Positions 19,963 to 30,290 of a stretch of 64,000 nt of DNA are shown one piece after another; within the stretch, counting starts at the first letter, position 1; every line of letters begins with the position of its first letter. This stretch comes from Bacillota bacterium (GTDB lineage Bacteria > Bacillota > Limnochordia > DTU087). The notes beneath the pieces are model-generated. The model was not told the origin of the DNA and ran no database searches. It saw nothing but the letters and a program-made list of their open reading frames with translations. Position numbers and translations under genes: made by a program. The DNA is taken from contig JAAZMR010000037.1 of the NCBI GenBank assembly GCA_012798695.1, forward strand, positions 3,150 to 67,149. Reading direction: 5' to 3'.

Positions 19963-22254
19963 TTACTCTTCATCCTCGTCTTCATCGTCATCATTGTTAA
20001 ACAAGGCACCTAGATCTCCAACCAAGTCGCCAATCGTAACACCGGATCCTTCAGGTTCACGCTCGCTGTCGAACGTAGTTTCCTGTACAGGAGTGGGTTT
20101 GGGTTTGGCTTCCCGCTGCGCCTCCTTGATGCTTAGGCCGATGCGGCGAGCCTCCTCATCAATACTGATAATCTTGACCTTTACCAGTTCTCCTGATGTA
20201 ACCACTTCCTCTGTATTGGCCACATGCCGGTCTGCCAGTTGAGAGATGTGTACTAGACCTTCAACGCCGTCTTCTAGTTTAACGAAGGCGCCAAAATCTA
20301 CAGTGCGGGTAACTTCACCTTCAACAATATCTCCCTCATGATACTTGCTGCCAACATCATCCCAGGGGTCTGGTAGAGTCTGTTTTAGACCCAAAGAGAT
20401 CCGCTCAGTCTCTTTGTCCAGGTTGAGGATCATTACCTTAGTCTCCTGGCCTTCGGAAAGAATGTCTGATGGATGCCCTACTCGGCTATACGCCATTTCG
20501 GACACGTGTAGTAAGCCCTCTACACCACTTCCGATATCAACAAAGGCGCCGAAATCAGTCAATCGCCGTACGATTCCATCGACTATATCTCCTGGTTCAT
20601 AGGTGTTGAAAATAACCTCTTTCTGCTTCTCATATTCCTCTTCCAGCACTTCTTTATGTGAAAGAACCACATTGTTGCGCTGTTTGTCCAGCTCAATGAT
20701 TTTTAGCCGTAGGCTCTTGCCGACATAGGCTTCTAGGTCTTCAACATAATGGCGTGCTACATGAGATGCAGGTACAAAACCACGTACCCCTACATCCACC
20801 AAGAGACCACCCTTGACCCGTTCGGTCACGGTAGCCTCAATAAGCTCGTTCTTGTCATTGATCTCTTCGAGCTCTTGCCAGGCCTTAGCCTGATCAGCTC
20901 GACGCTTCGACAATACAACACTGCCTTCACTATCATCTATGCGGACAACATATACATCTATCTCATCGCCCACAGCCAACTTATCGGTTGGGTCCTCATC
21001 CGATTTAAGCCCCAGTTCATGTCTGGGGATGCGACCTTCCGATTTCCCTCCGACGTGTACTAGTACTTCGTCACTGCTGACTTGGACAACTTTACCGCTT
21101 ACGATATCCCCTTGGCTCGGGGTGATGAAGGTCTCGTCATATTGGGCCATGGTGGGGGCTTCCATCTCTGCGGAATCCTCATCAGTCTCCTCCACCGTGC
21201 TGGCACTAGCTTCATCCTCAGTTACTTCTTCTTTTGCTACCGCTTCAGCAGTTTCTTCTTCTGCTGTTGCCTCGGCAGCCCCTTGCTCGGCTACCTCTTC
21301 CGTGGCCACTTCTTCCACTGGCCCCTCAGCCGCTGCTTCCGTCTCCGTCTCCGGAGTGGTCTCTTCCTCTGTCACTGTCGCAGTCTGTGCTTTCCTTGCT
21401 TCTTGTTCTTGCATTCCCTCAAACTCGGTCATCCGTTGCACTACCTCCTCAATGAGCCAGTTAGGCGTAGATGCGCCTGCAGTGACACCCACCTTATCTC
21501 CGAGACGAAACCAGTGAGGCTCGATCTCCTCTGCTGTCTCAATATGATAGGTGCGTGCTCCGCTTTCCTGGCAAATCTGCGCCAACCGCGATGTGTTGGC
21601 ACTGTTGCGCCCGCCCACTACTAGCATGACGTCCACACGAGAGGCTAACTCGTGAGCCGCCTGCTGCCTGCGAGCGGTTGCTGTACAGATACTATCATAA
21701 AACTTTACTTCCCGGGCCTTTCCCACCAGCTCCGCAATACACGCCCGGTAATTGGACAACGATTGAGTTGTCTGAGCCACGGCCCCATAGCATTCGCCTA
21801 TGGGTAACGCGACCACTTCTTCGGGGTTGCCGGCTACTACCCCGGTGTTATCGGTAGCCCCTAGGATGGCAGTCACTTCCGGGTGATCCCGATCCCCAAC
21901 AATGACTACCTGGTAACCATCTCTCCTTAGGCCAGCCGCCCAGGTCATAGCTCGTACTACAAAAGGGCAAGTGGCATCAACCACCCGCAGCCCTTTTGCA
22001 CGGGCACGCTCTATGGTTTGGGGAGGCACTCCATGACTCCGGATAATAACCACACCGGTATCAATTTCCTCTATTCTATCTGCTACCTTGATTCCCCGTT
22101 CAGTTAGATGGGCCACAGTCTGGGGACTATGAATCAAAGGGCCTAGTGTATAGATGGGAACACCGTGATGTTCATCTGCGGTTCTCATCGCCGCGTCGAT
22201 GGCACGCTTTACCCCAAAACAGAACCCTGCGTTATCCGCTAACTCAACAATCAA
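19963..22254 (-). CDS. ispH: Bifunctional IspH (HMBPP reductase) / 30S ribosomal protein S1 fusion
   Basis: AGFCFGV, IIRSHG, DATCPFV, SICTAT, TAGASTP (IspH), then an acidic linker and four S1 repeats (LTDFGAFVDIG, EGLVHISQL). Probable TTG start at 22254 (SD GGAGGG). Confidence 0.95.
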   Translation of the reverse strand: MIVELADNAGFCFGVKRAIDAAMRTADEHHGVPIYTLGPLIHSPQTVAHLTERGIKVADRIEEIDTGVVIIRSHGVPPQTIERARAKGLRVVDATCPFVVRAMTWAAGLRRDGYQVVIVGDRDHPEVTAILGATDNTGVVAGNPEEVVALPIGECYGAVAQTTQSLSNYRACIAELVGKAREVKFYDSICTATARRQQAAHELASRVDVMLVVGGRNSANTSRLAQICQESGARTYHIETAEEIEPHWFRLGDKVGVTAGASTPNWLIEEVVQRMTEFEGMQEQEARKAQTATVTEEETTPETETEAAAEGPVEEVATEEVAEQGAAEATAEEETAEAVAKEEVTEDEASASTVEETDEDSAEMEAPTMAQYDETFITPSQGDIVSGKVVQVSSDEVLVHVGGKSEGRIPRHELGLKSDEDPTDKLAVGDEIDVYVVRIDDSEGSVVLSKRRADQAKAWQELEEINDKNELIEATVTERVKGGLLVDVGVRGFVPASHVARHYVEDLEAYVGKSLRLKIIELDKQRNNVVLSHKEVLEEEYEKQKEVIFNTYEPGDIVDGIVRRLTDFGAFVDIGSGVEGLLHVSEMAYSRVGHPSDILSEGQETKVMILNLDKETERISLGLKQTLPDPWDDVGSKYHEGDIVEGEVTRTVDFGAFVKLEDGVEGLVHISQLADRHVANTEEVVTSGELVKVKIISIDEEARRIGLSIKEAQREAKPKPTPVQETTFDSEREPEGSGVTIGDLVGDLGALFNNDDDEDEDEE

Positions 22255-22462
22255 GCCATCTTTTCCCTCCTGCCAGTAGTATTGGCCACCGGCGGCAACA
22301 AAAAACATCAGCCCCTATGATTTGTTCGGTACTGCCAGACCAAACCCTCCCTCTTGCCCACAGTTTGCGAAGAAAGTCGACGAAGTCAAATTAAGCTGAA
22401 CGGTCAAAGGAGCAACCGAATTCCTGAAGATGTTTTATGCCTTGGCCACCAATCGAACAGAT

Positions 22463-23083
22463 CTAGATACCACTTATTGCATGTGAGCGCAGCTCACCGA
22501 TCTTCTCCATGACTAGCTGACTATACTCTTCTAAGGCCTCTCGGGATGGCCTGGTTTCGTCTACGGGTAGATGAATGGGTTCACCAATAAAGACCTTGAT
22601 TTTGGCTGGTCTCGGAAACCATTTCCCCTTCGGAACAACGTTCTCCGCACCCACGATAGCCATGGGAACTATCGGCACCTGGGCCTTTGCCGCCAAAAGT
22701 ACGCAACCGGGTTGCGGCTTGAGTAAGATCTTGCCATTACCCCGAGTGCCCTCCGGGAAAATTCCTACTACTTGACCGGAACGCAACATCTCTATTGCCT
22801 GCCGCAGCGCTCTTCTATCCGCCCCTCTTTGCTGAACCGGAAAGGCATTGAGATGACGAATCAACCACCCCAATATTGGGATATTAAAGAGTTCTCTTTT
22901 TGCCATGAAATGTACTGGCCGTGCGACAGCACAACCCATTAATGGTGGATCAAGATAACTTACATGGTTGGCAGCCAGCAGGGCACCACCGGTTACCGGA
23001 AGATGCTCACTTCCACATACTTCCCAGCGAAAATAGAGACGGAAACAACCCCTAACCAAGCCTCTTATAAATTGGTAGAACAC
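22463..23083 (-). CDS. plsC: 1-acyl-sn-glycerol-3-phosphate acyltransferase
   Basis: NHVSYLD (HX4D), FMAK, FPEGTRG motifs. Confidence 0.93.
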   Translation of the reverse strand: MFYQFIRGLVRGCFRLYFRWEVCGSEHLPVTGGALLAANHVSYLDPPLMGCAVARPVHFMAKRELFNIPILGWLIRHLNAFPVQQRGADRRALRQAIEMLRSGQVVGIFPEGTRGNGKILLKPQPGCVLLAAKAQVPIVPMAIVGAENVVPKGKWFPRPAKIKVFIGEPIHLPVDETRPSREALEEYSQLVMEKIGELRSHAISGI

Positions 23084-23760
23084 CCATCGAACCCTCCCAC
23101 TGCAGAGAGATATCCAAGTATCTCCTCTACAACGGTATCTATGTCTTTACCGGTCGTATCCAATGGGATGGCGTCAGTTGCGGCCCTTAATGGTGCGACC
23201 AGCCTTTCAGCATCCAGATTGTCCCTGGCCCGAATGGAAAGCAATATATCCTTATATGTTACCTTATGTCCTTGGTTGCGTAGTTCCTTCATTCGTCGCC
23301 GAGCTCGCTCCTCAGCACTGGCAGTAAGAAATATCTTTAGGCCGGCATCAGGTAGCACAACCGTACCAATATCTCGCCCATCCATGACTACCCCACCATT
23401 AGATGCCAGTTGTCGCTGTAATGACAGAAGATGCTCTCTTACTCGGGGGTGTTGGGCCACAAGTGATACATTCTCACTGACCACAGGTTCCCGAATGGCA
23501 TCAGTCACATCTTCCTCTTTGAGCAAGACCTTAACTCCGCCATAACTAGAAACCATGCGAATTTGAGCTTCTTGGGAGAGTTTGGCCGTAGCTGCTTCAT
23601 CAGTGGGATCGACTCCTTTTCGTAAGACCAGGAGAGTCAGTGCTCTGTATAGGGCCCCAGTATCAATGTGCAAGTAACCTAACCGTTGTGCCAGCATCTT
23701 AGCTACTGAGCTCTTGCCCGCCCCTGCCGGGCCATCAATGGCGATATTACATCTGCCCAT
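23065..23760 (-). CDS. cmk: Cytidylate kinase
   Basis: IAIDGPAGAGKSS, DTGALYR, DGRDIGTVV, RDNLD motifs; start uncertain (23760-23793). Confidence 0.96.
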   Translation of the reverse strand: MGRCNIAIDGPAGAGKSSVAKMLAQRLGYLHIDTGALYRALTLLVLRKGVDPTDEAATAKLSQEAQIRMVSSYGGVKVLLKEEDVTDAIREPVVSENVSLVAQHPRVREHLLSLQRQLASNGGVVMDGRDIGTVVLPDAGLKIFLTASAEERARRRMKELRNQGHKVTYKDILLSIRARDNLDAERLVAPLRAATDAIPLDTTGKDIDTVVEEILGYLSAVGGFDGCSTNL

Positions 23761-23823
23761 CTGCAAAAAGATCTCCCTTCCCATCAGGAGCATGTCGTAA
23801 ATAAAGATATTACCTGTTCTTCT

Positions 23824-23850
23824 ATTCGTTACAAAAGACCATACTCCTGC
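23824..23850 (-). promoter_or_regulatory. sigmaH-type promoter upstream of cmk
   Basis: GCAGGAGTA-N11-AACGAAT, a close fit to RnAGGAwWW-N11-RnnGAAT. Confidence 0.6.
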
Positions 23851-23875
23851 GTAGGAGAGTCCTTTATGTCACATG

Positions 23876-25198
23876 CTACATAAGCTGTGCATCTTTTGCT
23901 CTCTCTTCCAACTGGGCTCCCAACTGTCCAAAAGTACTGCAAAAACCGGGGAAAGATACTCCTACAGCATCTGCTCCTTGGATACATAGGGGTCCTTCAC
24001 CCCCAAGTCCTAGGACAGCTAAAGCCATCACTACTCTGTGGTCACCATGGCCACAAGTTTTGCCTCCTAATATCCTTTGACCCCCCCGCACCACCCAACC
24101 ATCGGCTTGTTCTTCGATGGCCACTCCTAATCGAGCCAGTTCCTGACTCATTATGGTGATGCGATCACATTCTTTGACCCTCAGTTCAGCCGCATCCCTG
24201 ATCCGAGTCGTGCCTTTTGCAAAGGCGGCTGCTACGGCCAACACGGGCAGCTCATCAATAAGAGTAGGTATGATGTCTCCCCCGATCTCAATACCCTCTA
24301 ACTCCGAAGACCGAACCCTGATGTTTCCCCGCGGCTCACCGCCTCCAGCTTTGGGTTCAACACTTAGATCGGCTCCCATTGCTTGCAGGACGGTGATGAC
24401 ACCCGTTCTGGTGGGATTAATTCCAACATTTTCTACGGTAAAATCGGAATTGGGCAGAATCGATCCAGCCACCATCAGATAAGCCGCGGAAGAAATGTCC
24501 CCTGGTACAATGATATGCCCTCCTTGGGGAATAGTACCGCCCGTGACAGTCACACTCAAGCCATCGATATCAACTGGCACGCCGAGATACTGCAGCATTA
24601 CTTCGGTATGATTACGAGAACGAGCGGGCTCTTTCACCCTGGTTTTGCCGTTGGCACTTAGTCCCGCCAACATGATAGCACTCTTTACCTGGGCACTGGC
24701 TATGGGTAGTTCGTGAGTCTGGCCCTGCAGATTCCGGCTTCCCACAATCGCCAAAGGGGCCCTCGTATGATCTACTCTACCATATATCTGCGCACCCATG
24801 GAGCGCAGTGGCTCGATCACCCGAGCCATGGGACGGGTTCGCAAAGAGGCATCTCCGGTCAAAACCGAGAAACACGGTTGTACTGCTAGTACACCTGCCA
24901 ATAATCGCATAGTGGTACCTGAATTGCCGCAATCCAGCACATTCTTGGGCTCCCGGAACCCTTCCTGCCCCCTGCCCATTATCTGATAGCTGCCTGGAGA
25001 CAGGCGTTCAATAGGTACTCCCAATAGTGATAAGCAACGCAGAGTCGCCAGACAATCGCTGCTCTCCAGGAACCCATCTATTCTGGTCGTGCCTTGGCCA
25101 AGAGCTGCCAGTATAGCGGCTCTGTGAGATATCGACTTATCTCCGGGAACACTTATTCTGCCCCTTAGGCCTCGGCTTGGTTCAACGTACAAGATCAC
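23876..25198 (-). CDS. aroA: EPSP synthase
   Basis: PGDKSISHRA, CGNSGTTMR, SAQVKSA, LIDELP, RVKECDRI, DHRVVM; probable GTG start at 25198. Confidence 0.96.
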   Translation of the reverse strand: MILYVEPSRGLRGRISVPGDKSISHRAAILAALGQGTTRIDGFLESSDCLATLRCLSLLGVPIERLSPGSYQIMGRGQEGFREPKNVLDCGNSGTTMRLLAGVLAVQPCFSVLTGDASLRTRPMARVIEPLRSMGAQIYGRVDHTRAPLAIVGSRNLQGQTHELPIASAQVKSAIMLAGLSANGKTRVKEPARSRNHTEVMLQYLGVPVDIDGLSVTVTGGTIPQGGHIIVPGDISSAAYLMVAGSILPNSDFTVENVGINPTRTGVITVLQAMGADLSVEPKAGGGEPRGNIRVRSSELEGIEIGGDIIPTLIDELPVLAVAAAFAKGTTRIRDAAELRVKECDRITIMSQELARLGVAIEEQADGWVVRGGQRILGGKTCGHGDHRVVMALAVLGLGGEGPLCIQGADAVGVSFPGFCSTFGQLGAQLEERAKDAQLM

Positions 25199-25246
25199 TG
25201 CCCAGATCCCCACTTCCCTTAGCTGCCCTTGAACCCATAGGGTCAA

Positions 25247-26347
25247 TCAACGACGGTAAGCCCGATATCCTTCAGCTTGCAGTAACCTCAAAGCCCGATC
25301 ACTGGACCGCCCATCTGCCAAACTAATGGATAACGCCCCTACCTCGCCTTCCCGCTGACGTACTATAGCAATATCTTTCAAGTTCAGATCGACACTCGCC
25401 AATAAACTGGTAACAGCACTGATCGCTCCAGGCATATCCGGAACTGGTACAATCAATTCAAATGATGGAGGTATCAGGCCTCTTTGGGCAACTGGAACTT
25501 GGGACCGCAAGGTACGAGCTTCTGCAAAAAACTCCCTTAAACTGGCCTCATCCTGGCTGAGCAGGGCCTCTTGCACGGTCTCCAGCTCATCCTGTAAATA
25601 TGCGATAGAGCGCAACACCGGTGCCCTGTTATGCAAGCAAATATCCGCCCAAAGCTCCGGCAACCCGGAAGCAACTCTGGTCGTATCCCTAAACCCACCG
25701 GCCGCTAGAGCCAAGGCCATCGGCACCTTTTCTGCTGTCTGACCCAAAGCGTTGACTAAAGCCGCCGCGGCCACGTGGGGCAAGTGACTAACCGCAGCTA
25801 CCACTTCGTCGTGCATACCAGGTTCCATGATCATGACATTGGAGCCTAGATCCTTCTCGAGCAAGTTAGACAAGCTGTGGAGTCTTTCCCTTTCTAAAAG
25901 AGTGGCTGTCGTTGGGGTAAGTACATAGACCGCATTTTCAAACAAATTGGAATCTGCGGCAAGAATACCTCCACGCTCAGAACCAGCCATTGGGTGCCCA
26001 CCGATAAATGCAAAAGGTGGGTCCATAGCCGCGATACCCTCCACAACCGGTCGCTTCACACTACCGACATCGGTAACAATGGCTCCAGGATTGACATAAG
26101 AGCTGATCTCCTGAACGGTTGTGACTATAGCTCCCACGGGAGTGGCAATGAAGATGAAGCTGCATCCCTCTGCCGCTGCCGCCGCACTCTCCGCCACGGC
26201 ATCAATTGCCCCTAGATGAAAAGCGGTCTGCATTCGCTCTTCAGTCACATCAAACCCGATAATGCGATACCCCTTGTCTCGCAATCGAAATGCCAGGGAG
26301 CCTCCAATTAGACCCAAGCCCAGGATAGCTATATTCTGTCTCGCCAT
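25247..26347 (-). CDS. tyrA: Prephenate/arogenate dehydrogenase with ACT domain
   Basis: GLGLIGGS, TDVGSVK, GGHPMAGSE, SHLPH, GFRDTTRVA, C-terminal ACT (VPDMPGAI). Confidence 0.94.
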   Translation of the reverse strand: MARQNIAILGLGLIGGSLAFRLRDKGYRIIGFDVTEERMQTAFHLGAIDAVAESAAAAAEGCSFIFIATPVGAIVTTVQEISSYVNPGAIVTDVGSVKRPVVEGIAAMDPPFAFIGGHPMAGSERGGILAADSNLFENAVYVLTPTTATLLERERLHSLSNLLEKDLGSNVMIMEPGMHDEVVAAVSHLPHVAAAALVNALGQTAEKVPMALALAAGGFRDTTRVASGLPELWADICLHNRAPVLRSIAYLQDELETVQEALLSQDEASLREFFAEARTLRSQVPVAQRGLIPPSFELIVPVPDMPGAISAVTSLLASVDLNLKDIAIVRQREGEVGALSISLADGRSSDRALRLLQAEGYRAYRR

Positions 26348-26351
26348 GGCA

Positions 26352-27383
26352 CTAAACCACCGTCAGAGATCCGCTTTTTCGCCCCACAGCCTGGGCCACG
26401 GACTTGATTTCTGACATCAATTGCCGGAAATTGACAGGGGTTAGTGATTGGGCCCCATCCGATAGCGCTTCTTCAGGTCGGCAGTGCACTTCTACCATCA
26501 ATCCATCGGCTCCGGCGGCAACCGCAGCCTTGGCCATGGGGGCGACATATCGCCACCGACCTGTCCCATGGCTCGGATCAACGATAATTGGCAGATGACT
26601 ATAATGCTTAACAGCCGGTACAGCACTCAAATCCAAAGTGTTCCTAGTACCCGTTTCGTACGTACGAATGCCTCGCTCGCAAAGAACCACATGATTGTTG
26701 CCACCAGAGATAATGTATTCTGCTGCCATCAGCCATTCCTCGACTGTAGCAGCCAAGCCTCTTTTCAGCAGTACTGGCTTCTGTGACCGCCCTACCTCTC
26801 TCAGCAGAGTGAAATTCTGCATATTGCGAGCACCGATCTGCAGCATATCCGCATATTCGGCAACCAACTCGATATCCCGAGGATTGGTGACTTCTGTAAC
26901 CACCGGCAGCCCTGTTTCCTGTCGCGCTAGAGCTAGAAGCCGTAATCCCTCTGCTTCAAGGCCCTGAAAGGAATATGGTGATGTGCGTGGCTTGAAAGCA
27001 CCGCCTCTCAGGATATGGGCTCCTGCTGCCTTAATCTCCCTGGCCACTTCCATGAGCTGCTCTTCCCCTTCCACAGCACATGGTCCGGCCATAACCACAA
27101 TCTCCTCGCCACCGATGGTTATATCGCCAACCTGTACCTTGGTCGGTTCCGGATGTAATTCCCGGCCAGCCAGCTTGAAGGGCTGCAAGATCGGGACGAT
27201 TTTCTCAACCCCCGGCATCGCTGCCAGCATTTCAATATATCCAGGGCGCTTCTCACCAATGGCACCTATGATGGTGCGCTCAACTCCCACCGACAGGTGG
27301 ATGTCAAAGCCAAGCTGCTTCAGCCGAATACCAACTGCATCTACCAATTCAGGAGACACTTTATGCTCCATAACGACAATCAC
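26352..27383 (-). CDS. aroF: DAHP synthase, type I-beta with N-terminal regulatory domain
   Basis: [48 protein letters not shown]; probable GTG start at 27383. Confidence 0.96.
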   Translation of the reverse strand: MIVVMEHKVSPELVDAVGIRLKQLGFDIHLSVGVERTIIGAIGEKRPGYIEMLAAMPGVEKIVPILQPFKLAGRELHPEPTKVQVGDITIGGEEIVVMAGPCAVEGEEQLMEVAREIKAAGAHILRGGAFKPRTSPYSFQGLEAEGLRLLALARQETGLPVVTEVTNPRDIELVAEYADMLQIGARNMQNFTLLREVGRSQKPVLLKRGLAATVEEWLMAAEYIISGGNNHVVLCERGIRTYETGTRNTLDLSAVPAVKHYSHLPIIVDPSHGTGRWRYVAPMAKAAVAAGADGLMVEVHCRPEEALSDGAQSLTPVNFRQLMSEIKSVAQAVGRKSGSLTVV

Positions 27384-27410
27384 ATCATCCGCTCCCTTCA
27401 CCCAACGCTT

Positions 27411-28937
27411 CTACCTATGCAAGGCCTTCTCCAAAGCTTCGACAAACCGCCGGTTCTGTGCCTCAGTACCGATTGTTATCCGCAACCAATTGGCACAGCC
27501 AAAAATCGCACCACTGCGAGCTATTACCCCTTGATCAAGCAGCTTTTCATAGATCTCTTGACTATCCTGCTGCAGATTAAAGAAGATAAAATTCGTTTGC
27601 GTTGGGACATACTCAAGACCCAATCTAGAAAGCTCTTGATAAAGCCAGGCTTTGCCCGACTCATTTAGCTCTCTGCTTTCTCTTACGTGTTTCTCATCTT
27701 CTAAAGCGGCTAAAGCCCCGATCTGGGCTAGTGCATTGATATTAAAAGGTTCCCTTACCCGATGTATGAGTTCAGCAATATGGGGCGGTGCTATACCATA
27801 ACCAATTCTCAGCCCGGCCAGCCCATACACCTTGGAAAAAGTTCTGAGGACCACCACATTTTGTCCAGCCTTTACATACGAGAGAGTATCCGGGTAGTCT
27901 TCGGCCATTACATATTCATAGTAAGCTTCATCAAAGACAACCAAGATGCTGTCAGGTATCTTGGCGAGAAAAGCCTCGACGGCCCCTTGATTGACATAGG
28001 CGCCAGTGGGATTATTGGGATTGCAGATAAACACGATCTTGGTGTTGGGGGTTATGGCCTGAGCCACGGATTCCAGATCAAACGCATAACTAGCCAATGG
28101 CAAAGATCGAGTTCTTGCTCCCATTAGGTGTGCCGCATAGGCATATTCACTAAAAGTCGGCTCACAAAACAGTACTTCATCTCCGGGCTCCAGGAAGGTC
28201 AAACCCAGCATCTTGATCACTTCATCAGAGCCATTGCCAAAGATCAATTGCATATCCTGAACACCTAGCTTATCAGCTAGGGCCTGACGCAGTTCAAAGC
28301 AACTGCCATCAGGATAAATATGTAAGGAAGACAATGATTGCTTCAGTGCCTCGACGGCTTTTGGTGACGGGCCCAGAGGGTTTTCATTGGAAGCCAACTT
28401 GACAATATCAACAAGGCCCTTTTCCCTCTGCAGTTCACTAATAGGCTTGCCAGGCTGGTATGGGGCAATCTCCAATATAGTCTGACGATAGGCGGGAGTT
28501 GTCGTATCCTGTCGGTCTCGGTCTTGACATAACGGTCGGGAGTGGGGATCGGTAGGCACAGCGCTTCTGGCTAGATCAGGCCTCAAACTGGCTGCCTTTC
28601 CCAGATATATGTGCTGCATATCCTGAAGCTTGCGATTCGTCGATACCAGCATCAAAGCCCTGATACAACGCGGTAGACTGCCTGGAACCGGAATCTCGTT
28701 AGTACATAAAAGCGCCGTTTCTGTAAGACCCGCCTGACGAGCACCCGCCGCCGGAAAACTCGCATCCAGGTCTTGTGTTACTGAGAAAATGATGCAAGCA
28801 ATCTCTTCTGCATCCACTTGGTTAGCAGCCATCATGGTTTTCGTGAGACGATATGCAGCATCTTTAATCAAAACTTCTGTATTCTCGTCTACAGTAACAG
28901 CTCCCCGAATCCCCCGGGTGACTGGAAATGTCAGCAT
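27411..28937 (-). CDS. Fused AroH-type chorismate mutase / HisC-family (histidinol-phosphate or aromatic) aminotransferase
   Basis: N-terminal RGIRGA...FPAAGAR...NEIPVPGSLPRCIR...HIYL..A.SLRPDL (AroH), then a ~28 aa linker, then PYQPGKP, LASNENP, GNGSDE, NPNNPTG, DEAY, RTFSKVYGLAGLR (HisC). One ORF; ATG 28937 behind GGAGG. Confidence 0.9.
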   Translation of the reverse strand: MLTFPVTRGIRGAVTVDENTEVLIKDAAYRLTKTMMAANQVDAEEIACIIFSVTQDLDASFPAAGARQAGLTETALLCTNEIPVPGSLPRCIRALMLVSTNRKLQDMQHIYLGKAASLRPDLARSAVPTDPHSRPLCQDRDRQDTTTPAYRQTILEIAPYQPGKPISELQREKGLVDIVKLASNENPLGPSPKAVEALKQSLSSLHIYPDGSCFELRQALADKLGVQDMQLIFGNGSDEVIKMLGLTFLEPGDEVLFCEPTFSEYAYAAHLMGARTRSLPLASYAFDLESVAQAITPNTKIVFICNPNNPTGAYVNQGAVEAFLAKIPDSILVVFDEAYYEYVMAEDYPDTLSYVKAGQNVVVLRTFSKVYGLAGLRIGYGIAPPHIAELIHRVREPFNINALAQIGALAALEDEKHVRESRELNESGKAWLYQELSRLGLEYVPTQTNFIFFNLQQDSQEIYEKLLDQGVIARSGAIFGCANWLRITIGTEAQNRRFVEALEKALHR

Positions 28938-28971
28938 TGGACCGACCTCCATCTTGAGTTAGTTTGACGAT

Positions 28972-29000
28972 ATCTTACCATACGGGGAATAACAATGCAA
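28972..29000 (-). promoter_or_regulatory. sigmaA promoter of the aro operon
   Basis: TTGCAT-N17-TAAGAT with extended TG. Confidence 0.65.
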
Positions 29001-29006
29001 AAGTTG

Positions 29007-30281
29007 TTAGGACAATGACTTGGCCGCATGTAACCCTGCCACATACCCCGTCGTAAATGCAGCCTGCAGGTTGAAACCTCCGGTATCGGCGGCCAAATTG
29101 AGCACTTCTCCCCCAAAGGACAAACCACTTACCAACCGGGAAGCCATGGTTTTTGGATCAACTTCATCAAGGCAGACACCTCCGACAGTAACAATGGCGG
29201 CTGACAAGGGCAGTGTCCCGGTCACCGTCAGAGACAATCCCTTCAGTACCTTCAGCAACTGGTGACGTTCAGCTTTGGTCACCTGATGAACCGGGCGGTT
29301 TGGAGATATCATGCTTTCTGCAATGATAACCGGCGCTAGTGCCCGCGGAAGCAGATCAAATAGGCTATTTTTGATTGCCTTCCGAGCATATAGACGAAAA
29401 TCGCGCTGCAGCCGAGCATCAAGCTGGTCTTCATCTAGGGCTGGTTTTAGATCAATCTCTAACCGAAGGAGCGTACCCGAATTTACCCTCGGTGAAACCA
29501 AACGGCTCAATGTCAAGATAATCGGGCCACTCACTCCAAAATGGGTGATTAACATTTCTCCGAATTCAGAGCCGATCAGCTCATCCCCGTCGAACAACCT
29601 GGCCTTGACATTGCGCAGGCTAAGTCCAGATACTTCCTTCACCCATTCTTCCTTGACTTTCAGTGGTACTAAGGCCGGATGAATTGGGCGAATTGTGTGT
29701 CCCAGTTTTTTCGCCATTATGTAACCATCTCCGGTAGAGCCGGTTCCCGGATATGAGGCACCACCAGTAGCTAGTATTACCTTGTCGGCGGGTAGGATAG
29801 TATCATCGCTCAACCGCACACCAGTAATACGTTGCTGCACGCAGTCATTCACTTCTGAACTTGCTGTGCTAATAATCTTTTGTACTGCAGAGTTGAGCCT
29901 GATCTCTACACCCGCTTGTTTGACGTAGCCTTCCAGCACCTTGACAACATCTTGGGCCCGGCCAGAGGTAGGAAACACCCGCTGCCCCCGCTCGACCACT
30001 AGTTCAAGCCCCCGCTCAGCAAAAAAACTCTGAGTATCAAGCGGAGGGAAAGTATTCAGGGGACCATAAAGAAACTTGCCTTCGGGACCAAACTTAGCCA
30101 CAACCTCTTCAATCTCACAGGCATTGGTCAAGTTGCAGCGGCCCTTGCCGGTAATCAGTAATTTCTTGCCCAAGATCCGGTTCTTCTCCAACAAGACCAC
30201 CTGGGCACCCGCCCTTGCCGCGGTTCCGGCTGCCATCATCCCGGCAGCTCCACCACCGATGACAATGACCCTGCTGCTCAT
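29007..30281 (-). CDS. HI0933/YtfP-family flavoprotein oxidoreductase
   Basis: GGGAAGMMAA, ITGKGRCNLTN, TGGASYPGTGSTGDG, THFGVSGP, TGGFNLQAA motifs. Confidence 0.93.
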   Translation of the reverse strand: MSSRVIVIGGGAAGMMAAGTAARAGAQVVLLEKNRILGKKLLITGKGRCNLTNACEIEEVVAKFGPEGKFLYGPLNTFPPLDTQSFFAERGLELVVERGQRVFPTSGRAQDVVKVLEGYVKQAGVEIRLNSAVQKIISTASSEVNDCVQQRITGVRLSDDTILPADKVILATGGASYPGTGSTGDGYIMAKKLGHTIRPIHPALVPLKVKEEWVKEVSGLSLRNVKARLFDGDELIGSEFGEMLITHFGVSGPIILTLSRLVSPRVNSGTLLRLEIDLKPALDEDQLDARLQRDFRLYARKAIKNSLFDLLPRALAPVIIAESMISPNRPVHQVTKAERHQLLKVLKGLSLTVTGTLPLSAAIVTVGGVCLDEVDPKTMASRLVSGLSFGGEVLNLAADTGGFNLQAAFTTGYVAGLHAAKSLS

Positions 30282-30290
30282 GTACTCACC

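Noticed and set aside
20939-21624. Long plus-strand ORFs (192 and 180 aa) antisense to the IspH-S1 linker
   Set aside because: Shadow frames of low-complexity Glu/Ala codons; no SD and biased Ser/Leu/Phe composition.
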